From Centroscyllium fabricii (lineage: Eukaryota): a DNA stretch of 64,000 bases. The stretch's first letter is position 1, and each line of letters begins with the position of its first letter. The position numbers were made by a program, and so were the translations under genes. The notes beneath the pieces were generated by a model. It did no database searches and was not told the origin of the DNA. It was given only the letters and a program-made list of their open reading frames with translations. Shown here in pieces: positions 12,125-25,567 of the stretch. The stretch is taken from the NCBI GenBank assembly GCA_051313645.2, contig JBNRSN020000007.1:49600001-49664000 (forward strand), in the 5' to 3' direction.

Positions 12125-13383
12125 TAGTACACTATCAAAAAAAACACATGTATGATCTAAACAGAATACTGCAAACTACACAATCGTTAGAGACTAACTG
12201 AATAAGATTACAAGTTGCCACAGCACAGAATTCCACTTTCCCTCAGTTTCAGTTAGAAAATGTAACTTTTTTTCCACCCAAGTACAAAATCAAATCAAAA
12301 ATAATTCTAGATATATAGTACTAAATAATAACTAATGGAAGGACTCAACGGTGCAACAGGCATTTCATCTCATCAATCTAGGTTCAAATTCAGGCTAGAC
12401 TGATGAGCTGAAAAGCTTCCTTATCTTCTGGCTACAATAATACTATATGAAGTGAGTTTTGCCCCAGTTCTTAATGGACATGGACTTGCATCACAAAAAT
12501 TGTTTCTAATTTGAAGTAAAAAGCCAATTTTGGACAGAAACCAGAGGACAGCTGGCATGTAAAATGGACAAAACAGCAATCGTGGCGAGGGGTACTTGAT
12601 TCTATATTTACTATGGTATACCTGACACACACTGGATGTGTTAAATGGGAAAGTGCTCATTTTCCAGTACTAACATTGTTCACCTTCAGCAGAGACTTCA
12701 ACAAGAACAAAGGAAAATACAAAACTCTGTTCAAGCTGTAGAAGCAGTGAAGAATTGTTGAATGTTCTTCTAAAATTGGAAAATTGAGCAGCAGCTTTTA
12801 AAACACTTTTTTAATTACTGTCCTCAAATTGAAAGAGGATAGTACTGAGAAAGGGAATACTGACCTTGTTGCAGGTACCCAGTTCCAGGATCGAGCACTC
12901 CCAGATAAGATATAATAGTTAGTGATGTAGATGAGGCTCTCTCTACTCTCCCCAACAACCTGCTTCACTGCCAAACATTTTTCAATGTGAAGCACAAACA
13001 CAGCAGTTGCATAAATGATTTACTTTACTGCACTCAAGTCTCAGCTAGGGTAGATACCTTCCCCATGGTGCTCCAAAGGGTAAATCATCTGGCATTCTCC
13101 AAGAAGTCCTTGCTTATCTCAACACAGAAAACATACATAAATTGCAAATTAAAGCATCCACTGCAAACTTTCAGTGGAAGCGAGAGTTAACATGCAACAC
13201 TCCATTGATAAACAGGAAATGTTACCATTTGGTTCAAACTCTCACCCCCACTCTTTTTTCACCCAGTGTCTATAACCTGGAATTAATTATGGTTCAATAA
13301 ATGTTTAGATTCTTGCCCAAATGTCATGACAAAAGGTTTGACCTTGGATAAAAAAATATATATATTTAATAGTTTTACACTGT

Positions 13384-15773
13384 TACTGCAAAGTCTACAT
13401 TTTGAAGCAATATGTAGGGTCACCTACAAGGGGGGGGGCGGTACTAGACCTAATACTTGGGAACGAAGACGGGCAGATAGAGGAGGTAACAGTGGGGGAG
13501 CACTTCGGGGATAGCGACCACAATTCAGTTAGTTTCAAGATTGTAATGGAGAAGGATAAAAATGGACATGGGGTAAAAGTACTAAACTGGGGGAAGGCGG
13601 ATTTCAATAAAATTAGGCGCGATGTAGCCGCAGTGGATTGGGGCCATCATCTCAGAGGAAGATCTGCATCAGAGCAGTGGGAGGCCTTCAGAGGGAAGGT
13701 CGGGAAGATACAGGAGGAACATGTTCCTGCAAAAATTAAGGGCGGGGGAGGTAAACAAAGGGAACCTTGGATGTCTAGAGATATATGTAAATTAATGAAG
13801 AAAAAAAGGGGGGCTTTCAATGAATATAAACGGCTAAAAACTGAGGAGGCGCTAGGGGAGTATAAGAAGTATAGGGGGGAATTAAAGAAGGAGATAAGAA
13901 AAGCCAGGAGGGGTCATGAGATTGCAATGGCCGGCAAAATCAAGGATAACCCTAAAGCATTTTACAGTTATATAAAAAACAAAAGGATCACGAGGGAAAG
14001 GGTGGGGCCCATTAAGGACGATAGCGGAAAGTTGTGCGTCGAGCCCGAGGCGGTGGGGGAGGTACTAAATGAATTTTTCTCTTCAGTATTCACAAGAGAG
14101 AGGGACGTAACCGACATCGTAATCGGACAGAGTGTAAGGGGGGTAATTGAGGATATTACCATTACAGGGGAAGAAGTACTAGAAATCTTGGGAAGCTTAA
14201 AGGTAGACAAATCACCAGGGCCGGACGCGATGTTCCTCAGGCTGCTGTTCGAGGCCAGGGAAGAGCTTGCGGGCCCCCTGTCTCAAATTTTCAGGTCCTC
14301 TCTCGCGTCAGGGGATGTACCTGAGGACTGGAGAACGGCTAATGTAGTACCCCTGTTTAAAAAGGGTAGTAGGGACAAACCGGGTAACTATAGGCCAATC
14401 AGTCTTACATCTGTAGTGGGGAAAGTAATGGAAAAAATTCTGAGGGACAAAATCAGTTTGCATTTGGAAAAGCAGGGTTTGATAAGGGATAGTCAGCATG
14501 GCTTCGTCAAAGGTAAGTCGTGCCTAACTAATCTGTTGGAATTCTTTGAAGAGGTAACAAAGAGGGTGGATGAAGGGAGTACTGTTGACGTGGTGTATAT
14601 GGACTTTAGCAAGGCTTTTGATAAAGTCCCACATAGGAGACTAATAACAAAGGTTAAAGCACATGGGATACAGGGCAACTTGGCACAGTGGATTCAAAAT
14701 TGGCTGGGGGATAGGAGACAAAGGGTAATGGTAGAGGGCTGCTTCTGTGACTGGAAACCAGTAACCAGTGGTGTCCCCCAAGGATCGGTTTTGGGACCCT
14801 TACTGTTTCTAGTATACATCAATGATTTGGACATGGGAGTAGGGGGTACGATCAGCAAATTTGCTGATGATACGAAAATTGGAAGGGTGGTAAATAACGA
14901 TGAAGATAGTAAAAGGCTTCAGGAAGATATAAATGTAATGGTTAGTTGGGCAGAAAAATGGCAAATGGAGTTCAACCCAGAGAAATGCGAGGTCATACAA
15001 TTCGGCAGACCAAATGGGGTAAGGGAATATACCATGAACAAAAAAACGTTAGGTAGGACCGAGGAACAGAGGGACCTTGGGGTACAGGTGCACAGCTCCC
15101 TGAAGGTTGCTGGACACGTAAACAAGGTGGTTAAGAAGGCATACGGAATTCTGGCCTTTATTAACCAGGGCATAGTATACAAAAGTAGGGAGGTAATGTT
15201 AAACTTGTATAACACGCTGGTGAGACCTCAGCTAGAGTAGTGTGTGCAATTCTGGTCACCGCACTTCAGGAAGGATGTGGTTGCCCTGGAGAGGGTGCAG
15301 AGAAGGTTTACCAGGATGATACCTGGTCTGGGGGACTTATGCTACGAGGAAAGGCTGGACAGGCTGGGGTTGTTTGCCTTGGAGAAGAGAAGATTGAGGG
15401 GTGACATGATTGAGGTGTACAGGATCATGAGAGGACACGATAGGGTGGATAAAGGGGCATTGTTTCCCTTGGTGGGAGAGTCAAATACTAGGGGACATAG
15501 ATTCAAGATTAGGGGGGGGGGAGGTAAGGAAAAATTTCTTTACTCAGAGGGTGGTGGAAGTGTGGAACTCCCTGCCTGTAAGGGTGGTGGAGGCAGAAAC
15601 CATCGCAACATTTAAAAAATATTTGGACCAGCACATGAAGGACCGTAACATACAGGGTTATGGGCCAGGTGCGGGCAAATGGGGTTAGTATAGTGAGGAG
15701 TTTCCTGGGCCGGTGCGGACTGGATGGGCCGAATGGCCTTTATCCGCACTGTAAAGTTTCTATGATTCTATGA
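13384..15773 (+). mobile_element. Relatively young 5'-truncated CR1 LINE (end of endonuclease, full RT, 3' tail)
   Basis: 612-codon open frame 13402-15240 with LDLILGN, SDH, NYRPISLTS, DFSKAFDKVPH, GVPQGSVLGP, KFADDT; ends in (TTCTATGA)2. Confidence 0.96.
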
Positions 15774-16429
15774 TGTTGGGAAAGAATCTAAAAAAAAAAA
15801 ATCATAAAATTTTGTTTACTCAGCAAGCACTGAAAATTGAGGAAAAAGGTTTTTTAACCAGATTGCAATATTTTCTGTATTCTTCCTAGATCAATAGTCA
15901 CTTATCACTCGAGCTGAAAGCTTGATGTTCTCTGATCAATAGTTCTGACCAGACAACCCAAAATTTCTATCCTCCTCAGATATGGAAGCTGTATCAGAGC
16001 AAAAACTCCCCATATCAAAGATTGCATTTATAAAACAGCATCTCAAACTTCTATAATTAACTGTATGATGCTCAAGATGGGGAGAAGTTCCTCGTGAACT
16101 GCTGAGTGCATCAACATTTGCAGGATGTCCTTCACACAGATAAATGTAAAACGACGCGTTCCTATATCACCAACAGCAATCTAATCTTGATTGTAGACCT
16201 CTGCAACTATGAAAGCTGGTTTACAAGTACAGTGATTATTTCAAGCTAGACAAGTCCAACAGTGCCATTCTCTTCATTAATCGAAAGCCACTTTGCACTA
16301 GCAATTGGATAATGTGATTGAAACTCATTTCATTATAATCTACTCTAACATGTTTGAAAACAAATGATACTCTTATTTCCATATAGTTGCTCTCCTTAAT
16401 TTAATCAAAAATCCAGAACACAACACCTA

Positions 16430-16760
16430 GGGGGAGAAATTCGGTAGCTTGCGCCAGCCGTTGGCGCCCTAAGAGGGCTGCTAATGGTGCGCAAGCATTG
16501 CCTGGCGTCTCCCACGATATTCAGTGGGACGCTGCCGGGTGAATTTGAGTCACGCCCGCTGACGTTCCGCCGGACGCTGCCCACGACAGCTTCAGGCTGT
16601 CGTACTTGCAGCAGGGTGGGGGGGGGGGGGGGGGGGGGGGGGGGAGCACTGCTTAAAGGGGAGGGTGCCGGGCAGTCATTTTTATTGCTGGCCGACTGCC
16701 AGCACCTTCCCCCTCTGCCGTCCCCGGCCTCCCCCGCTGCCTCTGCTCACTGAGCCCGCC
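16430..16760. mobile_element. Probable partial Harbinger-type MITE with a long G tract
   Basis: Starts GGGGGAGAAATTCGG, resembling the terminus at 44540; GC-rich island in an AT-rich intron; no second terminus found. Confidence 0.4.
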
Positions 16761-17645
16761 ACTTCCCTCCAGCCAGTTTGCTACTTTTGCTGCAGTATTT
16801 AGGATTAGTGCTGTTTTATTTAAAAAAAAGTAAAACCTTGCCACTAGACTAACAAATTACAACTCATTTATGTCAGGCAAGAGCTGGTTGAAGCTCACTT
16901 CATTTTCTTCCTTCATTCTCTTCCCCCATCTTCCACCAAGAAAAAACTGCCCGTGTTAACTGAAATTTGGTTTTTTTTTTAAGTCTGAAAATACAATGCA
17001 GCATTATCCAAGTTAGTGTCAAATATTTCCAACTGGTTGTGAAGTTACTCTGCACATCCTACATTCAGTGAACAACTGCATCTGGTATCTTCCCACGATT
17101 AGGTACTACACAGAGACTGATGCTAATTATCCTTGGTGCGAAATGAATAAACACTTCCACATGTGACAAAGTAACCTTGCTCGGTCATAAGTTTTCAAAC
17201 TATCGTTCCTTGACCCCCACGGTCAAATTTGTTGACCGACTAGCATGTTATATGTATTGCTGTACTCGGACATAAATGATTTCTGCAATGATGGTGCTGT
17301 TTTCCTTTAGATCGAGGACACTATCTTTTGCGTGCATCAATAGTTAGTGGGTCTTCCACAGAAAAAATTGAAAATCCATCAATAAAGGATTTAAGCATTT
17401 GTGACAACATATCGGTACAGTGCAAGAGGACCTTTTTATGCTCAAATCAAGATTATTTATCCCCATTACATGAAAAAAATTGAGTCTTTTGAAATTCATA
17501 ACCAAAGTGGTATAAATCATGAGTCACAAACATCTTAATTGACAGGCTATGTTTGGGACTTCCTTCAATTTAACAAGGATCTAAGCTACATCCAAACAAA
17601 TGATTGCATACATATACTGTACATCAAAAAACAATAATCCAATAC

Positions 17646-17846
17646 CTCTCTCAACTTTTCTCTCTCCTTTCCTCTATCTGCAATGCGTTTTCTTCTATCT
17701 TCCTCCTCTTTTAGGGCATTTTGAGTTTCTGTTCGTAAATTGCCATCTTTCAAAATCCTCCTAATCTTCTTCCGACCTTTTCCAGGGGATTTGGAGTCAT
17801 CATCATCGTCATCACTATCACCATTACCCTCATCTTCAGAATTGCT
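17646..17846 (-). CDS. ATRX: ATRX exon (exon 15 equivalent)
   Basis: 201 bp, phase 0-0; SNSEDEGNGDSDDDDDDSKSPGKGRKKIRRILKDGNLRTETQNALKEEEDRRKRIADRGKEREKLRE. Confidence 0.96.
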
Positions 17847-18066
17847 CTGCATAAACAAATTGAATGCGATCTAGTTTGATACACATTGAATTTTTTACAT
17901 ACATTTCAAACGAGAAAAGTATTAATTACACTATACAAAACATCATTGGGTATCGGAACTTACATTTTTGGTGTTCTCTTGCATTTTTTTAACTCTACAT
18001 TTTTTGGCTCTAATCGTGTATCACTCTCGTAGGTGAGTCACAGCTCACAAGCCTCATTACCTAGAT

Positions 18067-18488
18067 CAGTCATTCTCAAACTGGGGTCCGCAGGGACACT
18101 CCGGGGATCCGCAAAAAAAGCGCAGTCATTAGCAGCACGTTCGGAAACCAGTGAATGCCCACAGCTCTGTGCTGGCAAACGGGACCGTGCACACACAGCC
18201 GTACTGAAGTCCGCACTTATAACCGTCACCGCACTAGTTTCTAATCCTCACCGATATGCTGCTAATGATTGACATGTTCAACATCCAATCGCCGCACGAC
18301 ATCTTGTTAATGAACCATTCTGAGTACTTTCTGATTACGTGTGGCCAGTGTGTGCATGATCGGTGGGAAAAGAAAACATTTGGATATATATATTTTTTTT
18401 ATTTTTTTTAATTTTAGATGGGGGAAATCCTCGATTACTAATCGATTTGAAAAGTGGCCCTTCAATCAAAAATGTTTGAGGACCAGTT
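18067..18488. mobile_element. Degraded hAT/Charlie-like MITE
   Basis: CAGTCATTCTCAAACTGGGGTCCGC ... AAAATGTTTGAGGACCAGTT imperfect inverted termini; left flank ACCTAGAT resembles a Charlie target site. Confidence 0.55.
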
Positions 18489-18741
18489 CCAGTAATAGTG
18501 AACAGCAAACCCTATTACTTTAAGCTACCGGAATTATCTGGTTTTCTCTCCAGTCCTTGATAAATGACTAGAACATCACATCAGATTTGGTTTAAAGGTT
18601 TAAACTAATAAGTGATTACATTATTATTCACACAACTTTATATATTTACATGAGGAAAAGCCTCAACAAGAAAACCACAAAAGGTTTAAACTTTTATTTA
18701 ATCAGTTCTTTTTTGTATTTAACTGCAGGAGCTAATTATGG

Positions 18742-20490
18742 TTACAATCTGAAATTGTTGAACTCAAAGTTGAGTCTGGAAGGCTGTAAAGTGCCCAATT
18801 GAAAGACGAGGTGCTGTTCCTCGAGCTTCATTAGAACGGTGTATGATGCCAAGGACAGAGAGGTCAGAGTGGAAGTGGGAAGGAGAACTGGAAGCTCAGG
18901 GTCACACTTCCCAACTGAACGGAGGTGTTCAGCAAAGCGATCAGCCAAACTCCGTTTTGTTTCCCCAGCGTAGAAGAGACTGCATAGTGAGCAACAAATA
19001 CAGTGTACTAAATTGCAAGTTGTACAATTAAATCACTTTCCCCTGTAAGGAATGCTTGGGGCCCTGGGCAGTAGGTAAAAGGGCAGGAGTGGCATCTCCT
19101 GCGCTTGCACAGGAAGGTGCTGTGGGAGGGTGGGGGGGGGGGAAAGAGTGTTGTTGGCGGTGATTGGAGAGTAGGCCAGGATGTCACTGAGGGAACAGTT
19201 CCTTCAGAATGCTGAAAGGGAAGGGGAAGTAGTGTTTGGTGGTGGGATCACACTACAGGAAATAGAAATGGCAGGGGATGATTCGTTAAATCTGGAGGGT
19301 GGTGGGGTGGCAGGTGAGCATCTTCTTGGGGGGGGGGGAAGGGAGGGATGAGAGCAGAAGTGCGGGAAATGGGTCGGACATGGTTGAGGGCCCCATCAAC
19401 CATGGTGAAGGGGAATCCTCAGTGGGGGAAAAAGGAAGACATATTGGAAGCACTGGCATGCAAGGTAACATCGTCAGAACAGATGAGACAGTCAGAGAAA
19501 TTGGGAAAATGGAATAGAGTCCTCACAGGAAGCGGAGTGGGAGGAAGTGTGGTCAAGGTTAACTGTGGGAATCGGTGGGCTTATAGTAGATATTGGTCAA
19601 CAGCCTATCCCCAGAAATGGAGATAGAGAAGTTGAGGATGGAAAGGGAAGAGTCGAAAATGGACCATGTGAAGACAAGGGAAGGGTGGAAATTGGAAGCA
19701 AAGTTGATGAAATTTTCCAGTTCATGGAAAGAGCTGGAAATGGCACTGAAACAGTCATCAATGTACTGGAAAATGAGGCGAGGGTGGGGTCCAGAGTAGG
19801 ACTGCAACAAAGAATGTTCCACATAACCCACAAAAAGGTAGACACAGCTACAAACCATATGGGTCCCCCTAGCAACAGCTTTTATTTGGAGGAAGTGAGT
19901 AGAGTCAAAGGAGAAGTAGTTCAATGTAAGAACAAGTTCAGCCAGGCAGAGGAGGGTTGTGGAGGATGGGGACTGGTTGGGCCTCCATTCAAGGAAGCAG
20001 AGAGCCCTCAGGCCATCCTGGTGTGGGAATGAAGGTGTACATGGAGGTGGACGTCCATAATGACAAGGAGACGGTTAGGGCCAGGAAACTGTTAAGTGGC
20101 AGAAGGCATCGGAAGAGTCACGGGTGTAGTTGGGAAGAGACTGAACAAGGAGAAGAAGAAGATGGAAAGAAATCGGGTCTGCGGGGCAAGATGGGTGTAT
20201 CAGGACAGTCCTGCTTGTGGATCTTGGGAAGGAGGTAGAAGTGGGCTGTGCGGGGTTGGGGGACACTGAGCTTGGAGGCCTTAGAGGGAAGATCTCCAGA
20301 GGAGAGGTCAGTGACAGTCTGGGAAATGATGGCTTGATGTTAGTTGGTGGTGGGGGTCATGGTTCAGGGAAAGGTAGGAGGTGTCAGAGAGTTGGCATTC
20401 AGCCTCTGCAAATAGAGGTCGGTTCGCCAAACAACAACAGCGCCACCCTTGTCAGCAGGTTCACTGACAATGTTAGGGTTGCGGAGAGAA
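18742..20490 (-). mobile_element. Penelope-like retroelement fragment (RT plus GIY-YIG C-terminus)
   Basis: LFVGYVE...FQYIDDCF...FINFASNFHPSLVFT...IYYKPTDSHS and RFAEHLRSV...LEEQHLVFQLGTLQPSRLN, in broken frames. Confidence 0.9.
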
Positions 20491-20839
20491 CGGAGTGCTA
20501 CATTGTCCTTGAAAAGATTTTGGTCTGTTCAATTCAGGCCTACTCAAATATCTCTACGCTGTTCACATTTTATATCCCTTGAATGGGTGCCAAGGCTGGC
20601 AAGAGTTTTGTAACGGCCAAATATAGGTGGTTGTCATATCTACAAGTGAAGCAATCACTAATTTTACTAAAGTGTGCACTGGTTCCCCTCCAAAGGCAAG
20701 GAAACAATGATAAAACTTGCAATATATGCATCGCATTACTGTGGGAAAACACAAATCTGAAAGTGCCTAAAATAAACCGACAGTCACCAGCCCAAAATAT
20801 GGAATGGTTTTGTGTCACAATTAGCATCTATGAAAATAC

Positions 20840-20936
20840 CTTTTCACTTGTCGAGTTTTCTTTAACTTTAATTCGTCGCCTTTTCTTTTTCTGTTGGTAG
20901 CTGCGTTGATTTTCCTCTGCCTCTTTCTTAGACGCT
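20840..20936 (-). CDS. ATRX: ATRX exon (exon 14 equivalent)
   Basis: 97 bp, phase 2-0; (R)ASKKEAEENQRSYQQKKKRRRIKVKENSTSEK. Confidence 0.94.
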
Positions 20937-21166
20937 CTGCACACAAATGTAAATTTACACACTTATCTTTGTTCAAACCTCCTAACCTTAGCTGCCCTGG
21001 AGTTACAACGGTAAATTTTGCGGCTAAGTGACAGTCATACTGTAGCTTTCTCTAGTGGGGAACCAGTGTCAGAATTAGTCAGATCCACAGGAGAACGTGA
21101 AGAAAGCAAGAGTTGGGGGGCATGGAACAGGCTCCTACCAGTACTATGCACGAATCATCTAGAGTA

Positions 21167-21685
21167 CAGGTTGCGCACCATTAATCCGCCACGGGCGGGA
21201 CCAGGCCCGTGCTGGGAAACAGAAAAAACCGGGAGAACGAGGTTGGACACTGCACATGCGCGCCATTCAAAATGGCCGCGCGCATGCGCACAACATTGGG
21301 ATTGGCTGGCGCGCGCATGCGCAGATCGGGCCCAGGTCCGCCTTCCCTCTCCATCGCCTTTCGGGTTGCTGCTGCCACCGAGCCGGACTCAGGCTGACAG
21401 CTGTTGCCTAGTGACTGTCCGCCTCAGTCACGGGGCTCAGCTGTGGAGAAAATAACCGGCGGCCGTATTGAATTATCTGCGCATGCGCTAACCGTCCGGC
21501 GACGCATGCGCAGATCATTCAAAACACCCGGCAGCCGTTTTGAATGATCTGCGCATGCGCAGATCATTCGCCGAAGCCACGATGGCGGCGGCCATCTTGC
21601 GCATGCGCAGTGCAGTCGGGGCAATTTGTGCCAGCAGACTGAAGCTGCCGGCTATTCGGGACACGGATTTTCGGTGCACAACCTG
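21167..21685 (+). mobile_element. pogo/Tigger-like MITE (family A, copy 2)
   Basis: TA-CAGGTTGCGCACCATTAATCCG ... CGGATTTTCGGTGCACAACCTG-TA; multiple GCGCATGCGC palindromes. Confidence 0.92.
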
Positions 21686-21699
21686 TACTGCGTTCATTT

Positions 21700-22240
21700 T
21701 GGGCAACGCACCTCAGGAAGAATATATTGGCCTTGGACAGGGTGCAACGCAAATTCACCAAAGATACCAGGGCTCGACGGGTTAAATTAGAAGGACATGT
21801 TAAATAAACTTGGCTTGTATTGCCCTGTGTATAGAAGATTGATCGGTGATCTGAACAAGGTGTTTAAAATGCTAAAAAGATTTGATAGGGTGGATTCAGA
21901 AAAACAGTTTCCTCTGGGAGGGGAAATCAAAAAATATGGGAAGATAATCTTAAAATTAGAGCTGGGCCATTTAGGAAGGAAGCCAGAAAGCACTTTCTCC
22001 AAACAAAGTGTAGTAGAAATCTGGAACTCTCTTCTTTTCTCTCACTTCTCCCTCCCTTCTTCTCCCTGCCCCAACCACAGAAGGCTGTGGATTCTGGGAC
22101 AATTGGAGTTTTAAGAATGAGGTCGATATATTTTTGTTCGGTAAGGGTATGGAGTTGAGGGACAGATCAGCCATGATCTAATCAAATGGCGGAGCAGGCT
22201 CAAGGAGCTGAATGGCCTACTCCTGTTCGTATGTGCCTAG
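21700..22240 (+). mobile_element. Degraded CR1 3' fragment
   Basis: RRLIGDLNKVFKMLKRFDRVD...VEIWNSL plus the CR1 3' UTR hairpin region. Confidence 0.75.
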
Positions 22241-23034
22241 GAATGAACTTTGGTGCTTAAAGAGCAACTGCGGTAGTACAAAAAATGTCTGTACCAAAAG
22301 ATGAAACCACCTGCGGGACAAAATAAACGACATTACAATAAAACCAGTGTAAAGTAAGCCAACTGCTCACTTTCCTGTGGATTATGGAGAAGAGCTTTTA
22401 TCATGCTGCTGCCTTACCCTTACATCTGAGCACTGGAACAAGAACACTAAAACATAGCTTCAGAACCATTGGGCACTATTAGCCCTCCAGTATCTTTCTT
22501 CATTGGTGAACCGAGACCGTAAATGTTGACAGACTATTTGTATAGGGAATCACAGCCAAGCCAGATCCTATCCTCCTCTGCTGCCCACTTTCCGGCAAGG
22601 ATTACAGGATAGAGATGTGAAAATTTTCCCTCTCCTAGCTCAGAAGCGATGGCACCTCACTGCTGTTTTCATTGAAATCAACAAACTCAGCAAAGATTAA
22701 CGCCGCGATTTTGCGTTCGCAGTCAGCATGGGTCCTGGTCAGCTGGTTTCCAGGTTCCAGATCGCCCCCAGCTACCTCCGCTCCAGACGTGATTTTCCCT
22801 TGATTGACCTTGAGCCCGCCCTGCGGGTTTAACGACCAATTAACAGGAAGCGGGCCTGATGACGTCATTTGATGATGATCCATCTGCCGGTTTCTTTAAA
22901 AGGACCATGCACAATTTTATTTTGACAGTTGATTTCTCAGTGTTTGACATCAATGAGGTGCTGAAAACACTGAATCACTGTACAAAGGTGAACTCTTGCA
23001 CCCAGGTTATCCAATGACTCCCTCCATTTTTTAA

Positions 23035-23520
23035 AATTTGTTGTTGGTGTGTGGGCGTCGCTGGCTGGCTAGGCCTGCATTTAGTGCCCATCCCTAACTC
23101 CCTTGAGAAGATGGTGGTGAGCTGCCTTCTTGAACCGCTGCAGTCCATATCGTGTAGGTACACCTACAATGTTGCGTAGCGGTTGTTTACAACTGAGTGG
23201 CTTGCTGGGCCATTTCAGAGGGCATTAAGAGTCAACCACATTGCTGTGGGTCTGGAGTCACATGTAGGCCAGACCAGGTAAGGACGGCAGATTTCCTTCC
23301 CTGAAGGACATTAGTGAACCAGATGGTTTTTGCAACAATCGACAATGGCATCATGGGCGCCATTACTAAGACTAACATTTTTTTAATTCCAGAATTAAAT
23401 TGAATTAAATTTAAATTCCACCAGCTGCCATAGTGGGATTTGAACCCATATCCTCAGAGCATTTGACTGAGCCTCTGGCTTACTAGTCTAGTGACATAAC
23501 CACGACGCCACCGCCTCCCC
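23035..23520 (-). mobile_element. tRNA-derived SINE with LINE-derived 3' tail
   Basis: Minus strand begins GGGGAGGCGGTGGCGTCGTGG (A box) and has GGTTCAAATCCC (B box). Its 3' part matches the 3' end of the LINE at 4556-7352. Confidence 0.75.
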
Positions 23521-24509
23521 CATATGCTGGAATAGATGGCAGTTACAGGTGAGATGACAGAAGTGATCGGTCACTGGTGAGAGAGGTTCTCCCAATGAGG
23601 TGGTACTGGACATAGTTGGATTTAAAAACTTGTAAGCTAAAGAAATCTATATATGTTTTAAAAATGCAGTAACCAACATTTTCTTTGCTTTGAAACTCAC
23701 CATGTGAAACATTGCATCCTTCACACCACTTCTGCAGCTGTCATCATTCCACAAACATTACACCAGACTCTCAACACGCCACACTTAACCTGGCGTGGTG
23801 TCCAGATGTCGTGAAACCCGACCCAGAAGCGGGAAAATCAAAAAACAGGCTGAACACTACTGACAAATACCTGCAAATGCAAGAACCCCAGTCCAACACT
23901 GGCACCTCCACATCATGACAAATACTTGTTAATAGGCAGATAATTGCCTTTAATCCATTTCCCGCCACTGGGTGTCGGGTCCATTCGCAAATCGGGGACC
24001 CGACACTTGGGAAGGCTGTTTGGAGGCGAGTTCGGGACGCTGTCAATCAATAGGACTTTAACCTCTGAGCGTCAGCACAATCACAGCCTAAGAATCAAAC
24101 CTGGGATCTTCAGGTTTGTATTGTCAGTACCACACCACATGATGCAATCACCCACAATGCATCCACAGGAAGAACATTTGCTTTGTTTTGAAACAGCAGA
24201 CCAACACTGCTCTCATGTTCTCCATGAACTGTACAGAACCAAAGAAATAGGAGGAGTAGGCCAATCGGCCCCTCGAGCCCGCTCCGCCATTCAATAAGGT
24301 CATGGCTGATCTGATTCTAACCTCAAATCTATTTTGTCATTATTCCACCAGAAACCATGTGATCTCCCGGGAGAGGCGAAAAACCAGGTAAAAAGCCCAA
24401 TGGAGAAAAAAATCTGGGAAATTACTCTCCGACCCATCTAGCCGATCGAAACTCGTCCAGATCACTCTGGCCCTGAATTTCCTGCAGAACCTACCTTCTG
24501 TAAGAGGTG

Positions 24510-25355
24510 ACCAGGCCACACAGCCCCCGGGCCCGCTCCGCCACCCACAGGACCATGGTCGATCTGACTCTAGACCCACGTCCACTTACCTGCCCGCTCA
24601 CCGTAACCCCTAATTCCCTTTACTTCTAGGAAACTGTCTATCTCGGTTTTAAATGTATTCAAAGTAGTAGCTTCCACAGCTCTCCGGGGCAGCAAATTCC
24701 ACAGACCTACCACCCTCTGAGTGAAGAAGTTTCTTCTCATCTCAGTTTTGAAAGGGCAGCCCCTTATTCTAAGATTATGCCCCCTAGTTTTAGTTTCACC
24801 CACCATTGGGAACATCCTCACCGCATCCACCCGATCAAGCCCCCTCACAATCTTATATGTTTACATAGATAGAAACATAGAAGATAGGAGCAGGAGTACG
24901 CCATTCGGCCCTTCGAGTCTGCTCCGCCATTCAATGAGATCATGGCCGATCATCCAAACCCAGCACCCCGTCCCTGCCCTCTCCCCATATCCCTCAAACC
25001 CTCGAGCCTGCACCGACACATATCCCACCCTATCCCCGTAACCCCACACATTCAATCGCCCCAACACTAAGGGTCAATTTATCCTGGCCAATCAACCTAA
25101 CCCGCACATCTTTGGACTGTGGGAGGAAACCGGAGCACCCGGAGGAAACCCACGCAGACACGGGGAGAATGTGCAAACTCCACACAGATAGTACCCGAGG
25201 CTGGATTTGAACCCGGGTCTCCAGTGCTGTGAGACAACAGTGCTAACCACTGTGCCGCCCTAAATTTCAGTAAGATCGCCTCTCATTCTTCTGAACTCCA
25301 ATGAGTAGAGGCCCAATCTACTCAATCTCTCCTCATATGTCAACCCACCCATCTC
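24510..25355 (-). mobile_element. CR1 3' fragment interrupted by a SINE
   Basis: RGLDRVDAVRMFP...FFTQRVVGLWN; the CR1 sequence resumes after 25260. Confidence 0.85.
24864..25260 (-). mobile_element. HE1-like V-SINE (tRNA head, V-domain, CR1 tail)
   Basis: Reverse complement of the copies at 38004 and 57274; V-domain GTGTGGAGTTTGCACATTCTCCCCGTGTCTGCGTGGGTTTCCTCCGGG. Confidence 0.9.
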
Positions 25356-25452
25356 ACCACTAGGTGAGATCATTGACAAGAAATATTTGCAGATGCTGCA
25401 CAAAATTTTTTTAAAGGTGTATTTTGACAGTTTTAAAGAAAAGATCGTTTAC

Positions 25453-25567
25453 CTTGTTCTTGGGCGCTTCCGTCTACCATCAGAATCACTTTCCTCTTCC
25501 TCAATTGACTCGGATTCCTGAAAATCAGAGTCACTCTCCTGCTCAGTCGTCTCTTCATTACTACTTG
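25453..25567 (-). CDS. ATRX: ATRX exon (exon 13 equivalent)
   Basis: 115 bp, phase 1-2; (A)SSNEETTEQESDSDFQESESIEEEESDSDGRRKRPRT(R). Confidence 0.92.

Noticed and set aside
13402-15240. 612-aa ORF as a host or domesticated gene
   Set aside because: Ordinary 5'-truncated CR1 ORF2 with no ATG start, a premature stop and a CR1 3' tail.
21424-21785. Recurrent short ORFs with LRMRR / ACADH motifs
   Set aside because: Translations of the GCGCATGCGC palindromes in the MITE arms; no transposase motifs.
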